Positions 9,237 to 19,356 of a DNA stretch of 64,000 bases are shown here, piece by piece. The stretch comes from Acidobacteriota bacterium (lineage in GTDB: Bacteria; Acidobacteriota; CAIWXX01). Position 1 is the first letter of the stretch, and each line of letters begins with the position of its first letter. The stretch spans positions 64,001 to 128,000 of the forward strand of contig JBFMAF010000023.1 of assembly GCA_040755995.1 (NCBI GenBank), in the 5' to 3' direction. The translations under genes and the position numbers were made by a program. Under the pieces are notes generated by a model. It ran no database searches. It was not told the origin of the DNA and saw only the letters and a program-made list of their open reading frames with translations.

Positions 9237-10847
9237 CTACTTCGGCCCGGACTTCACTAGTTCTACTCCGGTTCCCGCGGGCGACAGGTTGCGGCTGTAC
9301 TTCTTGTCGACGGCGTTGTTCCAGTGTTCGTGTACGCCGAGGCTCGCCAGGCGGACTCCGTCGTTCGATGGCGCGTAGACGATGCCGGAAGGTGGGTTAT
9401 CGGCCAGGGCCATCTCGTGCAGATAGTCGTCGCCGTGCAGGAATGCCTGTGTGACGCTGTACTGTTGATAGCAGAAGTCGAGCGCAACGGAATCGATCGC
9501 AACGGGATCGAACGAGGCGAAGAGGCTCTTGGGCCAGTCATTGGCAATGCCGCAGGTGTTCCACTTCTCGGGTCTGCCGTCCCAGCCCGCCGGCAGGTTC
9601 CCTCCCCAGAGTCCATCGATCAGGTACAAGACCGTCTTCCCGCCCAGATCGCGGTGCCCGGCCAGATCGACCAGTGAGCGATACTGGCCCGGCTGATCGC
9701 CGCTCACGGCGCCGTTGTTCATGTACTGATGGAGATCCAGGAAGTTGTGACCGGGCGAGTTGGCGGCTCCAAACGAGCGGCAGAACGAGCCGCCGAAGTT
9801 CTTCGCGCACAGGCTCACGGCGTTGCTCGCGTGCGACTTCAAGACGGCGAAGTTGATGTGATACGTCGAGTTGGCCGGCACGGTTGCGATGTGATCTGTC
9901 TCGAAGGCTGTGGCTCCTGGCACACTCCAGCTGATCACGTGGCTCGAGACGCCGGCCTTGAGCCTGCCGTGCGCCCCAACGGTGTCGTAGAACCTGACCC
10001 TCTTGAACGCCGCATTAGAGCGAATCTTGTTGTAGATATAGTCCGGGACAAGTTGATCGCCCAGGCCCGGCGACAGCAGCGACGTAGCCGTGTAAATGGA
10101 GATCTTGGCGGCAGGCACTCCGGCCTTGTTGACCAGTTGGTCGACGAGGGCGTAGAGAAGGTGCGCATCGTTGTCGACCGACTTCGAAGTGTATCCGCTG
10201 TTGTCGTACTCAAAGCAGGTGACCAGATTTGGTTTTATCGCAACGGTCTCGCCCTTACGGTACCCCACACTCCCACGGCCGTGAGTGCTGTTGTAGTACT
10301 TGAAGATCGCGACCCACGCGTCTTCGTCTGCGTTCTTGCCGGTCAGCCAGCGGATGCCCTTCGACAACATGCCGCTGATGTTCTTCTGGTTGCCGCGCGA
10401 ATCGTCGTACCAGTTCCCGGTCTTCCCGTCCCACTTCACCGCCGCTGCCGTACGGACCCATACCACTCGTCCTGGGTGTATGCCCTTCGCCACGCCCATG
10501 GGGTTGTTGGGTCCTTCACCCGGGACCCAGGCCGACACGCCCGCACTCGGGCTCGACAGGAATGCGGCAACGATGGCGGCGAGTCCCACGCAGACCAGCG
10601 CCGTCCCTGACGCAAGTCGAGCGACTTCGAAGCGGCGCCAGGCCTGCCGCAGTGCGGCTGCCGAGCTCACCAGCGCGGTCAACCAGACGATGAAACCGGC
10701 GGCCAGAGGCGCAGCGGCTCGTTGGCAGGGATAGCTGGCCCGCGCGGGCTTTGGGACGACACGCAGCAGGAACCAGGCCAATGAGGCCAATCCGACTATC
10801 TGCCACGGCCAGCTGCGGGAAAGCAGTCGGGGACGACTCTTCATCAT
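9237..10847 (-). CDS. DUF362-domain exported/membrane-anchored protein
   Basis: Hydrophobic N-terminus with PKPxRAxYPCQRAA; GIHPGRVVW, IKPN, LKSH, LCAKN and DPVAIDSV motifs; start uncertain. Confidence 0.7.
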   Translation of the reverse strand: MMKSRPRLLSRSWPWQIVGLASLAWFLLRVVPKPARASYPCQRAAAPLAAGFIVWLTALVSSAAALRQAWRRFEVARLASGTALVCVGLAAIVAAFLSSPSAGVSAWVPGEGPNNPMGVAKGIHPGRVVWVRTAAAVKWDGKTGNWYDDSRGNQKNISGMLSKGIRWLTGKNADEDAWVAIFKYYNSTHGRGSVGYRKGETVAIKPNLVTCFEYDNSGYTSKSVDNDAHLLYALVDQLVNKAGVPAAKISIYTATSLLSPGLGDQLVPDYIYNKIRSNAAFKRVRFYDTVGAHGRLKAGVSSHVISWSVPGATAFETDHIATVPANSTYHINFAVLKSHASNAVSLCAKNFGGSFCRSFGAANSPGHNFLDLHQYMNNGAVSGDQPGQYRSLVDLAGHRDLGGKTVLYLIDGLWGGNLPAGWDGRPEKWNTCGIANDWPKSLFASFDPVAIDSVALDFCYQQYSVTQAFLHGDDYLHEMALADNPPSGIVYAPSNDGVRLASLGVHEHWNNAVDKKYSRNLSPAGTGVELVKSGPK

Positions 10848-11128
10848 GTGCGTCTGGTGCCGGCCCGACGCCGGCTCTGGATCATCGGCCGACCTGGATT
10901 CCATCTCGAACCTCCGGAGGCTATCGAAGCGCACGGACTCGCTATCTTCTCTAGTATATCGCGTGCCCAGCTGCTGGCAAGCTGCCATCTGGTCTGGCGA
11001 CGTACCTTGCTGCAGTGCTCCGGCTGAGCCGGCTCTACGCGCGTAGGCCACAGCGAGACCAGGCGCCGGACGCCGGTCACCTGCCCCGTTGCCTCATTCG
11101 CCGCGGGCAAGAGGCTGGCGCACGCGGT

Positions 11129-11998
11129 CTAAGGGCCGAGTCGCTGCGGGCGCGCGGTCGTGTCGATCTTCGTGTAGTCGAGCTCGCTGCCCAGGACGCT
11201 GTGCGGGATCACGAACACCGCCAACGTCAGGACGGCCGCGGCAAGAGAGAGCCAGCGCCCGGTCTTGCTCACGTCCCTCCGACGTACGCCCAGTGCCAGA
11301 CACGCCGAGAGCCACAGCAGGAATGCGACGAGGGTCTTGTTGTCGGTGAGATCCCAGCCGTACGGCACGCCGGTCCACCAGGCGCCGAAGGCCTGGTACT
11401 GGACGAGCGGGCCGAGGAGCATGCCGCCAAGAGAGATGAGTCCGAGCGTCCACCAGGCGAGCGGCCGGAGGCCCGGGCGGTTCAGGAGGGCAACGATTCC
11501 GGCGTGGGTCGAGCATAGCATCGCGAGGAATATGAAGACGACATGTGGAACCAGCGCCCACCGGCTCACATGCCCTTTGAACCGGATCACCACGTAGCGG
11601 TCCTCCGGGACATTCACCGTCTCGCCCCCGGAGGTCAGCCTGACGTGGTACTCGAGCTTGCCGGCGGGCGGCTGGTGAGGCAGTGCGGCCGAAAGGCGAT
11701 CTCCATCCAGACGCATCGCCACCGCTTTCATTGGCTCATCCACCTTGAACCGCTTGTAGCTCAGCGTACCGGAGACGACACCTCGCGGGATTGCGATACT
11801 GACGACGGCGTCGGAATCTCCGGCGTGCGTACGAGGCAGTTTGTAACTCGATGACTGCTGGGCAATGGTGACAGATCCGCGGACTGGGCGGGCTGGTCCG
11901 GTGATTCGCTGGAATGCGGCTGTTCCGAGCGTCACGATGAACACCGCGAGCCACCACGCGGCGTTGCCGGCGCCAGCTGGTAGTCGCTTCGATCTCAT
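11129..11998 (-). CDS. Conserved hypothetical membrane protein
   Basis: Several TM segments; QRITGP, LPHQPPAGKLEY and WTGVPYGWDLTDNKTL motifs. Confidence 0.7.
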   Translation of the reverse strand: MRSKRLPAGAGNAAWWLAVFIVTLGTAAFQRITGPARPVRGSVTIAQQSSSYKLPRTHAGDSDAVVSIAIPRGVVSGTLSYKRFKVDEPMKAVAMRLDGDRLSAALPHQPPAGKLEYHVRLTSGGETVNVPEDRYVVIRFKGHVSRWALVPHVVFIFLAMLCSTHAGIVALLNRPGLRPLAWWTLGLISLGGMLLGPLVQYQAFGAWWTGVPYGWDLTDNKTLVAFLLWLSACLALGVRRRDVSKTGRWLSLAAAVLTLAVFVIPHSVLGSELDYTKIDTTARPQRLGP

Positions 11999-12070
11999 AG
12001 GCTGCGCATTCCGTCCCGATGCACAAGGCGTGAATCTTACCGACCAGACGTGCGGATGGCAAGCGGGGAT

Positions 12071-12206
12071 GTGAAGAGGTGAGACGTTAGAGGATAGACG
12101 GAAGACGTGCGCTGCTGCCACGTCGGACGTCAGACGGGAGACGTTAGACGGAAGAAGTGCGTTGTTGCCACCTTTGGCACCTGCTCTTTCGTGTTCCGTC
12201 TAACGT
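12071..12206 (+). repeat. Heptamer-arm hairpin element R1 (compound)
   Basis: gtgaagaggtgagacgttag...agacggaagacgtgcgctgctgccac...ttccgtctaacg. Confidence 0.85.
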
Positions 12207-12297
12207 AGGACGAGCTGGATTGACAGGCGGTCTTCGAGTCAAGGTGGCAGGCTATAGAGAGGGTGCAACCACCTGATTCGCGGCCACGGGCCGCCAT

Positions 12298-12642
12298 TCA
12301 GGCGGACTTCCCCAGAGTACGAAGCCGGGCCACGAGATCGCGAACATCTTCAACCGCCTGCTGGAGTGTATATCCCGACGGAATCGCAGCCCCGTCAATC
12401 AGATCCATCATCTCCCAAAGAGAGACCCCGGCGATTTTGGCCGCGCGCGACTTGCTGGCCCTGCCTTCATGATAGAGGCGCAATGCCAGTGCCTTCTTCT
12501 TCCGATCAATCCCATCCTGCAGAATCTGCCGCGCTACATCTACACGCGAAGCGTGTTCCTCTCCAGCAAGAATATCCAGGTCCGAAGCAGCCTCGTTCGG
12601 AAGACGGATGTTGAGTTGAACGGGCTTCGAGCTACTCATCAT
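12298..12642 (-). CDS. UPF0175-like antitoxin (RHH plus HTH)
   Basis: ALRLYHEGRASKSRAAKIAGVSLWEMMDL motif; next to a PIN gene. Confidence 0.75.
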   Translation of the reverse strand: MMSSSKPVQLNIRLPNEAASDLDILAGEEHASRVDVARQILQDGIDRKKKALALRLYHEGRASKSRAAKIAGVSLWEMMDLIDGAAIPSGYTLQQAVEDVRDLVARLRTLGKSA

Positions 12643-12651
12643 GAACCTCCT

Positions 12652-13185
12652 CTACTGAGCCCGGAGGCGTCGAATCTCACCTGCCGCAGCTCGTAAGACT
12701 GTGATCACAGCTTCGTCCGTATGCATCGCCCTTCCGATCCGAAGAAGCATGTCATCACACTCCTCAAAACTCACCTGCCCGCCGATCAACCCGTGCAGGG
12801 GCAGCACCTGCAGGATCATGTATTCGACACCGTGAGCAAGTGCGATGTTCCTGCCACGCTGCTCTTCCATCACCAGGACGATGCGGCGCTCCTTGGCGCA
12901 GGCAATGGTCTGGCAGTCCGTGGCACTAAGTGCGGGGGCGCTGCGCCTGATCGACACTGCCATGTGTTTCTCGGCATCGGTCAAAGTGATGACGACGAGA
13001 TCCTTGTCCCGAATGGCATCTTCGATTCGCAAGGCATCGCGATAGCCACGGGCCTTGCCCTGGACCACTGTCTCCGCCTCCACCCCGGGAATCAACGCCA
13101 TCGCGCCGAACAGGCGCTTCAGCAACCAGAGCGCGTCGATTCGTGAAAGCACGATCAGGCTGGAGGCGTCGGCTATGGCTTTCAT
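12652..13185 (-). CDS. PIN-domain toxin (DUF3368-like)
   Basis: IADASSLIVL N-terminus, VEAE, LVMEEQRGR. Confidence 0.75.
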   Translation of the reverse strand: MKAIADASSLIVLSRIDALWLLKRLFGAMALIPGVEAETVVQGKARGYRDALRIEDAIRDKDLVVITLTDAEKHMAVSIRRSAPALSATDCQTIACAKERRIVLVMEEQRGRNIALAHGVEYMILQVLPLHGLIGGQVSFEECDDMLLRIGRAMHTDEAVITVLRAAAGEIRRLRAQ

Positions 13186-13200
13186 GATCTCCTGCTACAA

Positions 13201-13228
13201 ATTGTATCACCTGGCAGGGTTTCGTCAA
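13201..13228 (-). promoter_or_regulatory. Sigma70-like promoter of the PIN/UPF0175 pair
   Basis: TTGACG-16 nt-TACAAT on the minus strand, followed by SD AGGAG. Confidence 0.6.
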
Positions 13229-13254
13229 TACGGGAGGTGTGCATGTCACACGCG

Positions 13255-13385
13255 CCGGCCGCCTGGAAATGATGAAGCTTATGGCGCGGTTCCAGGACTT
13301 CTTCCGTAGAATGCGGAGGCGTGGCTGGAGAGGTTCGACTACAAGGAGGCGGGGCCGCAGCTGTTGCTGCAGGCTTTCTTGCGTC
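13255..13385 (+). pseudogene. Internal fragment of the AAA-ATPase/nuclease gene
   Basis: GRLEMMKLMARFQDFFR...AWLERFDYKEAGPQLLLQAFL matches 23821-23950. Confidence 0.85.
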
Positions 13386-13450
13386 CTCCTCCAGCCGGGT
13401 CCTTCAGGACCACGGATGCCGCCGGGGCCGTTGGATCGTAGTTGACCCCG

Positions 13451-13666
13451 TCACAGGCGTGCATCGGATGAATCCTCGATGATCTCCATGCGGAAGTCGC
13501 AGGCTTCCTCGGGGTGAGCCAAGCGCGGGCTCGGAACGTGAGCGATCTGTTCCACGTGAACTTCAGGGACGACCACAAAGACCCTGGTGTGCTCGGGCAA
13601 CAGCACGTTGCCGTCGACCCTGACCCTTCCTTCCTCAACGACGCCTTCGTATGTCGCCACTCTCAT
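13451..13666 (-). CDS. Small antitoxin-like hypothetical protein
   Basis: MRVATYEGVVEEGRVRVDGNVLLPEHTRVFVVVPE; SD GGAGG; the downstream partner appears truncated. Confidence 0.55.
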   Translation of the reverse strand: MRVATYEGVVEEGRVRVDGNVLLPEHTRVFVVVPEVHVEQIAHVPSPRLAHPEEACDFRMEIIEDSSDARL

Positions 13667-13833
13667 ATACGAACCTCCCCGCCTCTCAAGATCATAGACC
13701 AGGAGCAGGCGGCAGACAAGATCGGCTGGGAAGACGGGCGTCTATGGTGCAGAGACAGCCATGCGAGTCGCTCATCCCGACCTTGTCCTGCAAGGAGCAG
13801 GGTGGTGAACGACACCGGGCGGATCGGGCGGGA

Positions 13834-13921
13834 GAGACATGTTAGACGAGAGACGTTAGGCGGAAGACGTGCGCTGCTGCCACCTCGGGCGCCCGGCTCT
13901 TTCGTCTTTCGTCTCCCGTCT
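13834..13921 (+). repeat. Heptamer-arm hairpin element R2
   Basis: gttagacgagagacgttaggcggaagacgtgcgctgctgccacctcgggcgccc...ttcgtctttcgtctcccgtct; abuts the mazF stop; preceded by AAA fragment RVVN..GRIGRE. Confidence 0.88.
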
Positions 13922-14274
13922 TACAGCGGCAACAAGCCGACGGCAATTCTGATCCCGTCTTCCAGCTGCCTGAGCAGGTCTTGGTTCAAGGTGCCGAGGC
14001 ATTGCGAGAGCTTCGCCCGGTCGAGTGTCGTGGTCTGGTGGCATAGCGCCACGCTCTCCTGGCGGAGCCCACCGGCAGCCTTTGGCAGACCGACCACTGT
14101 GGGGCCCCGCTGTCCCTGTGCGGGGGAGGTAGAGACAGGCACGACGATGATCGATCTCCATCCGGGCGTCGTGTTGAATCCGTCGTGGGACACAACGATG
14201 ACCGGTCGCGTGCCTCTCTGCTCCGAGCCCGAGCGCGGTTTCAGGTGGGCGACCCAGACCTCGCCGCGCTTCAT
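13921..14274 (-). CDS. mazF: PemK/MazF-family endoribonuclease toxin
   Basis: MKRGEVW, GSEQRGTRPVIVVS and SVALCHQTTTLD motifs. Confidence 0.9.
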   Translation of the reverse strand: MKRGEVWVAHLKPRSGSEQRGTRPVIVVSHDGFNTTPGWRSIIVVPVSTSPAQGQRGPTVVGLPKAAGGLRQESVALCHQTTTLDRAKLSQCLGTLNQDLLRQLEDGIRIAVGLLPL

Positions 14275-14525
14275 CTGGCCTTATCCTCCGAGAGGAGGTG
14301 CTCGACGGAGGACGCCTCCAAGCTCGCATCCAGGTCCGTGTCGGTACCCGCGAACTTCCTGGCGTAGGCCGTGATGGAATCGTGAATGGCCGCCTTCTTC
14401 CTCTCGGCCAGCCATCTCTCGATTGCCCGCCTGACGAGCACGGTTATCGGTTCGCCCTCGCGTTTGGACTCCACGCTGAGTTGGAAGTAGACGTCGTCGG
14501 GAACGGGAACGTGACAGTTGCGCAT
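14271..14525 (-). CDS. RHH-type antitoxin
   Basis: Small ORF with ATGA overlap onto mazF; VPVPDDVYFQL..LVRRAIERWL. Confidence 0.7.
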   Translation of the reverse strand: MRNCHVPVPDDVYFQLSVESKREGEPITVLVRRAIERWLAERKKAAIHDSITAYARKFAGTDTDLDASLEASSVEHLLSEDKAR

Positions 14526-14601
14526 GATAGCCCCCTGTGCCATAGGTCCATGGCAGATATTGTGCCACATCATAAGCCATCATTCAAGGCTGATCGGCTC
14601 A

Positions 14602-15411
14602 TCAGGATGCCAAGCCGCCGAGCGTGGTGGCCCCGGAATGGCCATGGCTGCGGCGATGGAGGCCACGCGATGGCGACCTGTTGCGTTTCTGGACGGAGAC
14701 GGCGTTTGGCTCCCAGGCAAGTTGTGGCTCCAGCTCGACTCGATTCTGGTGATAGTAGGGCTGCTCGCCCTTCAGCCCGTCGTACGATTTAATGCCCACA
14801 GCCAGCTCGCCAGGGAGCGCCGCGTCTTCCTCAAGGTCCAGACAGAGCACAACCCCCGGCTCGACTTCCCTGTAGCGAAATCCGCTCTCCGGGCAAACCA
14901 TGATCCCGTCCTCGCCAGGCCTGCTTAGCCGATGGCCGTGACGGCTCTTCCAGCCTTGCTGGCGCGCCGGCACTCCGACCATGAGCGCGTAGTCCGGCAC
15001 GTCCTTCGCGACGACAGCTCCGGCTCCGACGAAGGCATAGCGGCCGATCGTGATCCCGCAGACGACGGTGGCATTGGCTCCAATGGAACAGCCGCGCCTG
15101 AGCAGGGTTCGCTCGTACAGGCTGTGGCGGACCACCTGTGACCGCGGGTTGGTGACGTTGGTCAGGACGCAGGAGGGGCCGAGGAACGCGTCGTCCTCGA
15201 TGATCGAGCCCGTGTAGATCGAGACATTGTTCTGCACCTTCACATTGTTCCCGATGACCACATCACTGCCCACATAGCAGTTCTGCCCGAAGATGCAGTT
15301 CCTGCCGATCTTCACGCTCTTCATGATGTGGCAGAAATGCCAGATATTCGTCCCCTCGCCGATCTCGCACGGCTCGTCCACGTATGCGGATTCGTGTTTG
15401 AAATACGGCAT
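14602..15411 (-). CDS. wbpD: WbpD-like hexapeptide N-acetyltransferase, copy 2 (C-terminus probably extended by fusion)
   Basis: IWHFCH, NNVKVQNNVSIY and FLGPSCVLTNVTNPRS motifs; paralog of 61583-62281. Confidence 0.85.
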   Translation of the reverse strand: MPYFKHESAYVDEPCEIGEGTNIWHFCHIMKSVKIGRNCIFGQNCYVGSDVVIGNNVKVQNNVSIYTGSIIEDDAFLGPSCVLTNVTNPRSQVVRHSLYERTLLRRGCSIGANATVVCGITIGRYAFVGAGAVVAKDVPDYALMVGVPARQQGWKSRHGHRLSRPGEDGIMVCPESGFRYREVEPGVVLCLDLEEDAALPGELAVGIKSYDGLKGEQPYYHQNRVELEPQLAWEPNAVSVQKRNRSPSRGLHRRSHGHSGATTLGGLAS

Positions 15412-15425
15412 GATGCGGGCTCCTC

Positions 15426-16092
15426 TCACTCCCGGCCAGTCACCCATGGCCTATCGATGAATGGGTGCGGGCAGTCGGGCGCCTCGATGACTCGCGCAGT
15501 GCGTATCTGGTGCACCAGTTCAATCGACGGCCGGGCATCCTTGATCCCAAAGCCGTCGCCGGCCAGGGTTCTCTCGTAGACGCGTGTGTGCAGGTCGGTG
15601 AATCCCTCGGTGAACTCGACCTCCTGCCCGTCCACCGTGATCGACCGGTACGTACTGCGCTGCCCCGGCTGCACTGAGAATGGCAGGTCACCGGTCTCGA
15701 GTGAAAGAAACCATCGGACGTTGGCTCGGGCGAGCTCGATGAACCCGGCCATGCGCCGGCGTTCGGTCAGGTGTACCTCAGAGCGTTGCATCGAGCCGAA
15801 AAGCCACATCAGCAGATCGAAGAAATGGATGCCTATGTTCGTGGCGATGCCGCCTGATCGGTCTTCCTGGCCCTTCCACGACACGTCGTACCACCGGCCT
15901 CGGCTAGTGACGTACGTCAGGACTACCTCGCGTCGCGCCGTCCCGGTCTCGCTGTCGAATCGACGTTTCAGCTCCACGAGAGCCGGGTGCAACCGCAGCT
16001 GCAGCAGGGTGTAGACGCGCCGGCCCGACTCGGTCTCGATCTGCTCGAGCGCGTCGAGGTTCCACGGGTTGATCACCAGCGGCTTCTCGCAG
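15426..16092 (-). pseudogene. wbpB: WbpB (Gfo/Idh/MocA oxidase) C-terminal half
   Basis: CEKPLVINPWNLD, GGIATNIGIHFFD and EFTEGFTDLHT motifs; the NAD-binding N-terminus is missing. Confidence 0.85.
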
Positions 16093-16340
16093 TGCACGCC
16101 CTCCTGGTCTGGCCTGAGAAGGAGCACCCCTGCGTGGCTGCCGGGCGGGTGAGCGCGCGCATCGGCCAACCCCTTGTCTGCAGTCACAAGGAATCGCCGC
16201 TCCGACTGGACCCCTTCCCATAGCTGAGCATCCTTCCATCCGCCCATCTTCTCATCAACGACGCGCTCAGCCTGGTGGCCGCGGTCGCAGATCAACTGGG
16301 CCACCGCCCTCGGCAGGTCCTCGTCCACCTTGATGCGCAC
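16093..16340 (-). pseudogene. DUF5615 PIN-like toxin, truncated and fused in frame to the wbpB fragment
   Basis: MRIKVDEDLP, LVTADKG and HAGVLLLR motifs; downstream of DUF433. Confidence 0.8.
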
Positions 16341-16350
16341 GCTTCCGCAG

Positions 16351-16590
16351 TCAGGATGGGAGGGGCATCAGAACTTCCTGATGCACCACTTCCGCGGCAT
16401 ATGCCAGTGCAGCCTGGATGTCCTCGACGGAGAGCTGAGGATATGCAACGAGAATAGCCCCCGCGTTCATTCCATCCGCCAAGCTACCGAGGATGATGGA
16501 CACGGGAATCCTCGTTCCCTTGATGCACGGATCGCCGTGGTGCAATTCCGGATCAATCACCACCCTGCCAGTCCAGCGGGTTCGGTTCAT
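16351..16590 (-). CDS. DUF433 antitoxin
   Basis: DPELHHGDPCIKGTRIPV and YPQLSVEDIQAALAYAA motifs. Confidence 0.9.
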   Translation of the reverse strand: MNRTRWTGRVVIDPELHHGDPCIKGTRIPVSIILGSLADGMNAGAILVAYPQLSVEDIQAALAYAAEVVHQEVLMPLPS

Positions 16591-16679
16591 GCGTGTCTCC
16601 GTATATACCTCCGGGGTCCCGACCTACGTCCAGATTATACCCCCTTGCAGACCAGTAGCAACAGCCAGCTCGCCGAGAG

Positions 16680-16890
16680 GCCGAGAAGCCCCGAGAGGAT
16701 GTGCATGAGGGTATCAGGGCGGTGCTCAACGAGTGCGGGTCTCGCGCCAGGGCTTACCTGGGCGACGACGGTCTCGAGCGAGGGTCACCTCGTCATCTTC
16801 GACCGCGATCCGAAGAAGAGCTGGGATGCGAAGGTGTTCCAGCGGACGGGGACGTTCGAGGGGAAGACGATTCGGGTGTGGGGAATGTGA
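16680..16890 (+). pseudogene. Internally deleted AAA-ATPase/nuclease remnant
   Basis: REDVHEGIRAVLNECGSRAR (N-terminal part) joined to GHLVIFDRDPKKSWDAKVFQ...VWGM* (C-terminus). Confidence 0.85.
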
Positions 16891-16980
16891 AGAGGTGAGA
16901 CTTTAGACGGAAGACGTGAGCTGCTACTCGTTCGCGCGCCTTCCTCCTCCGTCTTCGGTCTCCCGTCTTCCGTGTTCTGT
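16891..16980 (+). repeat. Heptamer-arm hairpin element R3
   Basis: agaggtgagactttagacggaagacgtgagctgctactcgttcgcgcgcc...ccgtcttcggtctcccgtcttcc. Confidence 0.88.
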
Positions 16981-16989
16981 CCGACCCCT

Positions 16990-17530
<541 letters not shown>

Positions 17531-17697
17531 TCACATCTTCTGACTCTCCTGTGAACACAGTATACCATCCGGCAGCCGTCTCCGTATCCACACGCGGTGC
17601 TCGACATTCGGCCGCTGGGTGCGGTTTCTTGGTCACGACGCACATGAAGATGCTCAGAGCCATGCGGCGCCAAGCCCTGGGGTTGAAGGTAAAGGGG

Positions 17698-17826
17698 GGG
17701 CCGCGAGAACGGTCTCGGGCGTGGCCGCGCCGACCTGCTGGTGATCTGGCGGCATCCGGGCGGCGTGCAGAAGACGGTAGTCGAGCTCAAGAGACGTCAG
17801 ACGGAAGAAGTGCGTGAGCTGCTGCT
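17698..17826 (+). pseudogene. AAA-ATPase/nuclease fragment ending in half element R4
   Basis: GLGRGRADLLVIWRHPGGVQKTVVELK runs directly into agacgtcagacggaagaagtgcgtgagctgctgc (17791-17826). Confidence 0.85.
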
Positions 17827-18321
17827 GACTCTGTACTTTCCATCACATTGGGATCTGGAACGCATCCACGATCGGGGGGCGGATGGAAATCCGGGAGTTG
17901 GTTCTCGAAATGAAGCAATTCGAGCGCAGACTGACCAAGACGGCGTCCTGCCGTTTTCACGCCGCCTGCAACATCAGCTCCCGGAGCCCTGGGATGCCCC
18001 AAAGAGCGTTCGGATCTCCGCCCGAAGACCGTCCACCAGCGGCTCGTTCCAGCCGCTCCGGGCGTCGGCGACCACGTGGCGATCGAGTTCCGAAAGGTCC
18101 CGCAGCGAGCCGAACTTCGACGAACTTGTCAGCCATCACGGCGGGGCCCCAGGTCGAACTTGACACGGCGCCGCCGCTCATCACCCTTCTCCACGAGCGC
18201 GTCGTGGGGCACGTTCTGGATGACGTTCCAGGGCCTACAGAGCCGCCCGCTGGTACGCCACCTGCGACGAGGTCCGAGCAGGACCTTGCTGTCGGGCCGC
18301 ACAAGCCGCTCGAGTCTGCTC

Positions 18322-18428
18322 CTGGGACGCGAAGGTGTTCCAGCGGACGGAGACGTAGGAGGACAAGACGATCCAGGCGTGGGGGATGCGAGACGAGAGA
18401 CGTGAGCTGCTGCCGGCTCGCGTGCCGT
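18322..18428 (+). pseudogene. AAA-ATPase/nuclease 3' end plus half element R5
   Basis: WDAKVFQRTET*EDKTIQAWGM followed by agacgagagacgtgagctgctgccggctcgcgtgcc. Confidence 0.8.
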
Positions 18429-18432
18429 CGGA

Positions 18433-18855
18433 TCACGGAACCACAGGGAATCCCAGGGCCGCCGCGTTGGTCCTCACGCGTGCGTCCAGGCTCAGCACCG
18501 ACAGACCCGGCACGGCGGCGCGAGCCACCAGGGCCGAGACCAGATGGAGCGCGTCCAGAGTCCGAACGGGCTCTTCCGGGAAGGGCTTGCGAGCGCGGTC
18601 CAGGATCGCACTGTCCAGGCCGATGATGGTCCAGCCGGGCACGACGGACGCCAATACCGACCGGCAGTCTGCCGCATCGACTTCCGACATGATCCTCGTC
18701 GCGACAAGTCGCACGAAAACGCGCTCCGCCTCCACTACAGTCAGCGCAGATGTAGTCACCAGGTCGGCATGGGCCAGGACGTTTCGGACGCGCGCGCCGG
18801 CGGGCTCGCCGAGAACCCATGCCAGGAGCGCCGATGTCTCCAGATAAAGAGTCAC
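18433..18855 (-). CDS. vapC: VapC-like PIN toxin
   Basis: LYLETSALL, TVVE, VRTLDALHLVSA and SLDARV motifs; GTGA overlap with the antitoxin. Confidence 0.85.
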   Translation of the reverse strand: MTLYLETSALLAWVLGEPAGARVRNVLAHADLVTTSALTVVEAERVFVRLVATRIMSEVDAADCRSVLASVVPGWTIIGLDSAILDRARKPFPEEPVRTLDALHLVSALVARAAVPGLSVLSLDARVRTNAAALGFPVVP

Positions 18856-19145
18856 CGTTCCCCTCGGCTGTCGTCCAGCGCCGCTATCGCGGTGCCGGGA
18901 GGGACCCGCGGCCGCCGGGGCCGGTACTTGGAAGGGTCGTGGTCGGCCCCGAGCACCACAGCCCCCTGCCTTGCCAGCAGCACCAATCCAGGATATGACG
19001 CCGCCTTCGTCGCCGGGAGTCCCGGCCTCCTCAACTCCGCAACGACCTCCCCACGATCCGTTACCAAGATCTCCTCGCCACCCTTGACCAGGCGGAGGTA
19101 CTCGCTGAAACGGCTCTTGATCTCCCGGATGCCCACGGCCTTCAT
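18852..19145 (-). CDS. Phd/YefM-family antitoxin
   Basis: VGIREIKSRFSEYLRLVKGGEEILVTDRGEVVAEL. Confidence 0.9.
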   Translation of the reverse strand: MKAVGIREIKSRFSEYLRLVKGGEEILVTDRGEVVAELRRPGLPATKAASYPGLVLLARQGAVVLGADHDPSKYRPRRPRVPPGTAIAALDDSRGER

Positions 19146-19166
19146 GGTCGGTCCTCCTGCGTGAAT

Positions 19167-19195
19167 AATGTAGTCTCAACAGACCATATTGTCAA
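19167..19195 (-). promoter_or_regulatory. Sigma70-like promoter of the Phd/VapC pair
   Basis: TTGACA-17 nt-TACATT, then SD AGGAGG. Confidence 0.65.
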
Positions 19196-19202
19196 ATCGC
19201 GA

Positions 19203-19300
19203 GTGAAGAGGTCAGATGTTAGACGATAGACGGAAGGCGTGAGCTGCCGCGAGCTCCCGCGTCTCCCGTCTTTCGTCTTCCGTCTCCCGTCTTCCGTGCA
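19203..19300 (+). repeat. Heptamer-arm hairpin element R6
   Basis: gtgaagaggtcagatgttagacgatagacggaaggcgtgagctgcc...cgtctcccgtctttcgtcttccgtctcccgtcttcc. Confidence 0.9.
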
Positions 19301-19322
19301 TCGTCTGCCTGAGCGTCCGTCG

Positions 19323-19350
19323 GTGCATCACGAGCTCGGCGTGCTATAAT
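19323..19350 (+). promoter_or_regulatory. Extended -10 promoter, probable leaderless transcript
   Basis: GTGCAT-16 nt-TATAAT with TGn extension, ATG 6 nt downstream; the same motif recurs at 22641-22668. Confidence 0.65.
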
Positions 19351-19356
19351 CGAGAG

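Noticed and set aside
17830..18320. Possible further TA remnants (MEIRELVLEMKQFERR; RelE-like RDLSELDRHVV on the minus strand)
   Set aside because: Too short and frameshifted to assign without a homology search.
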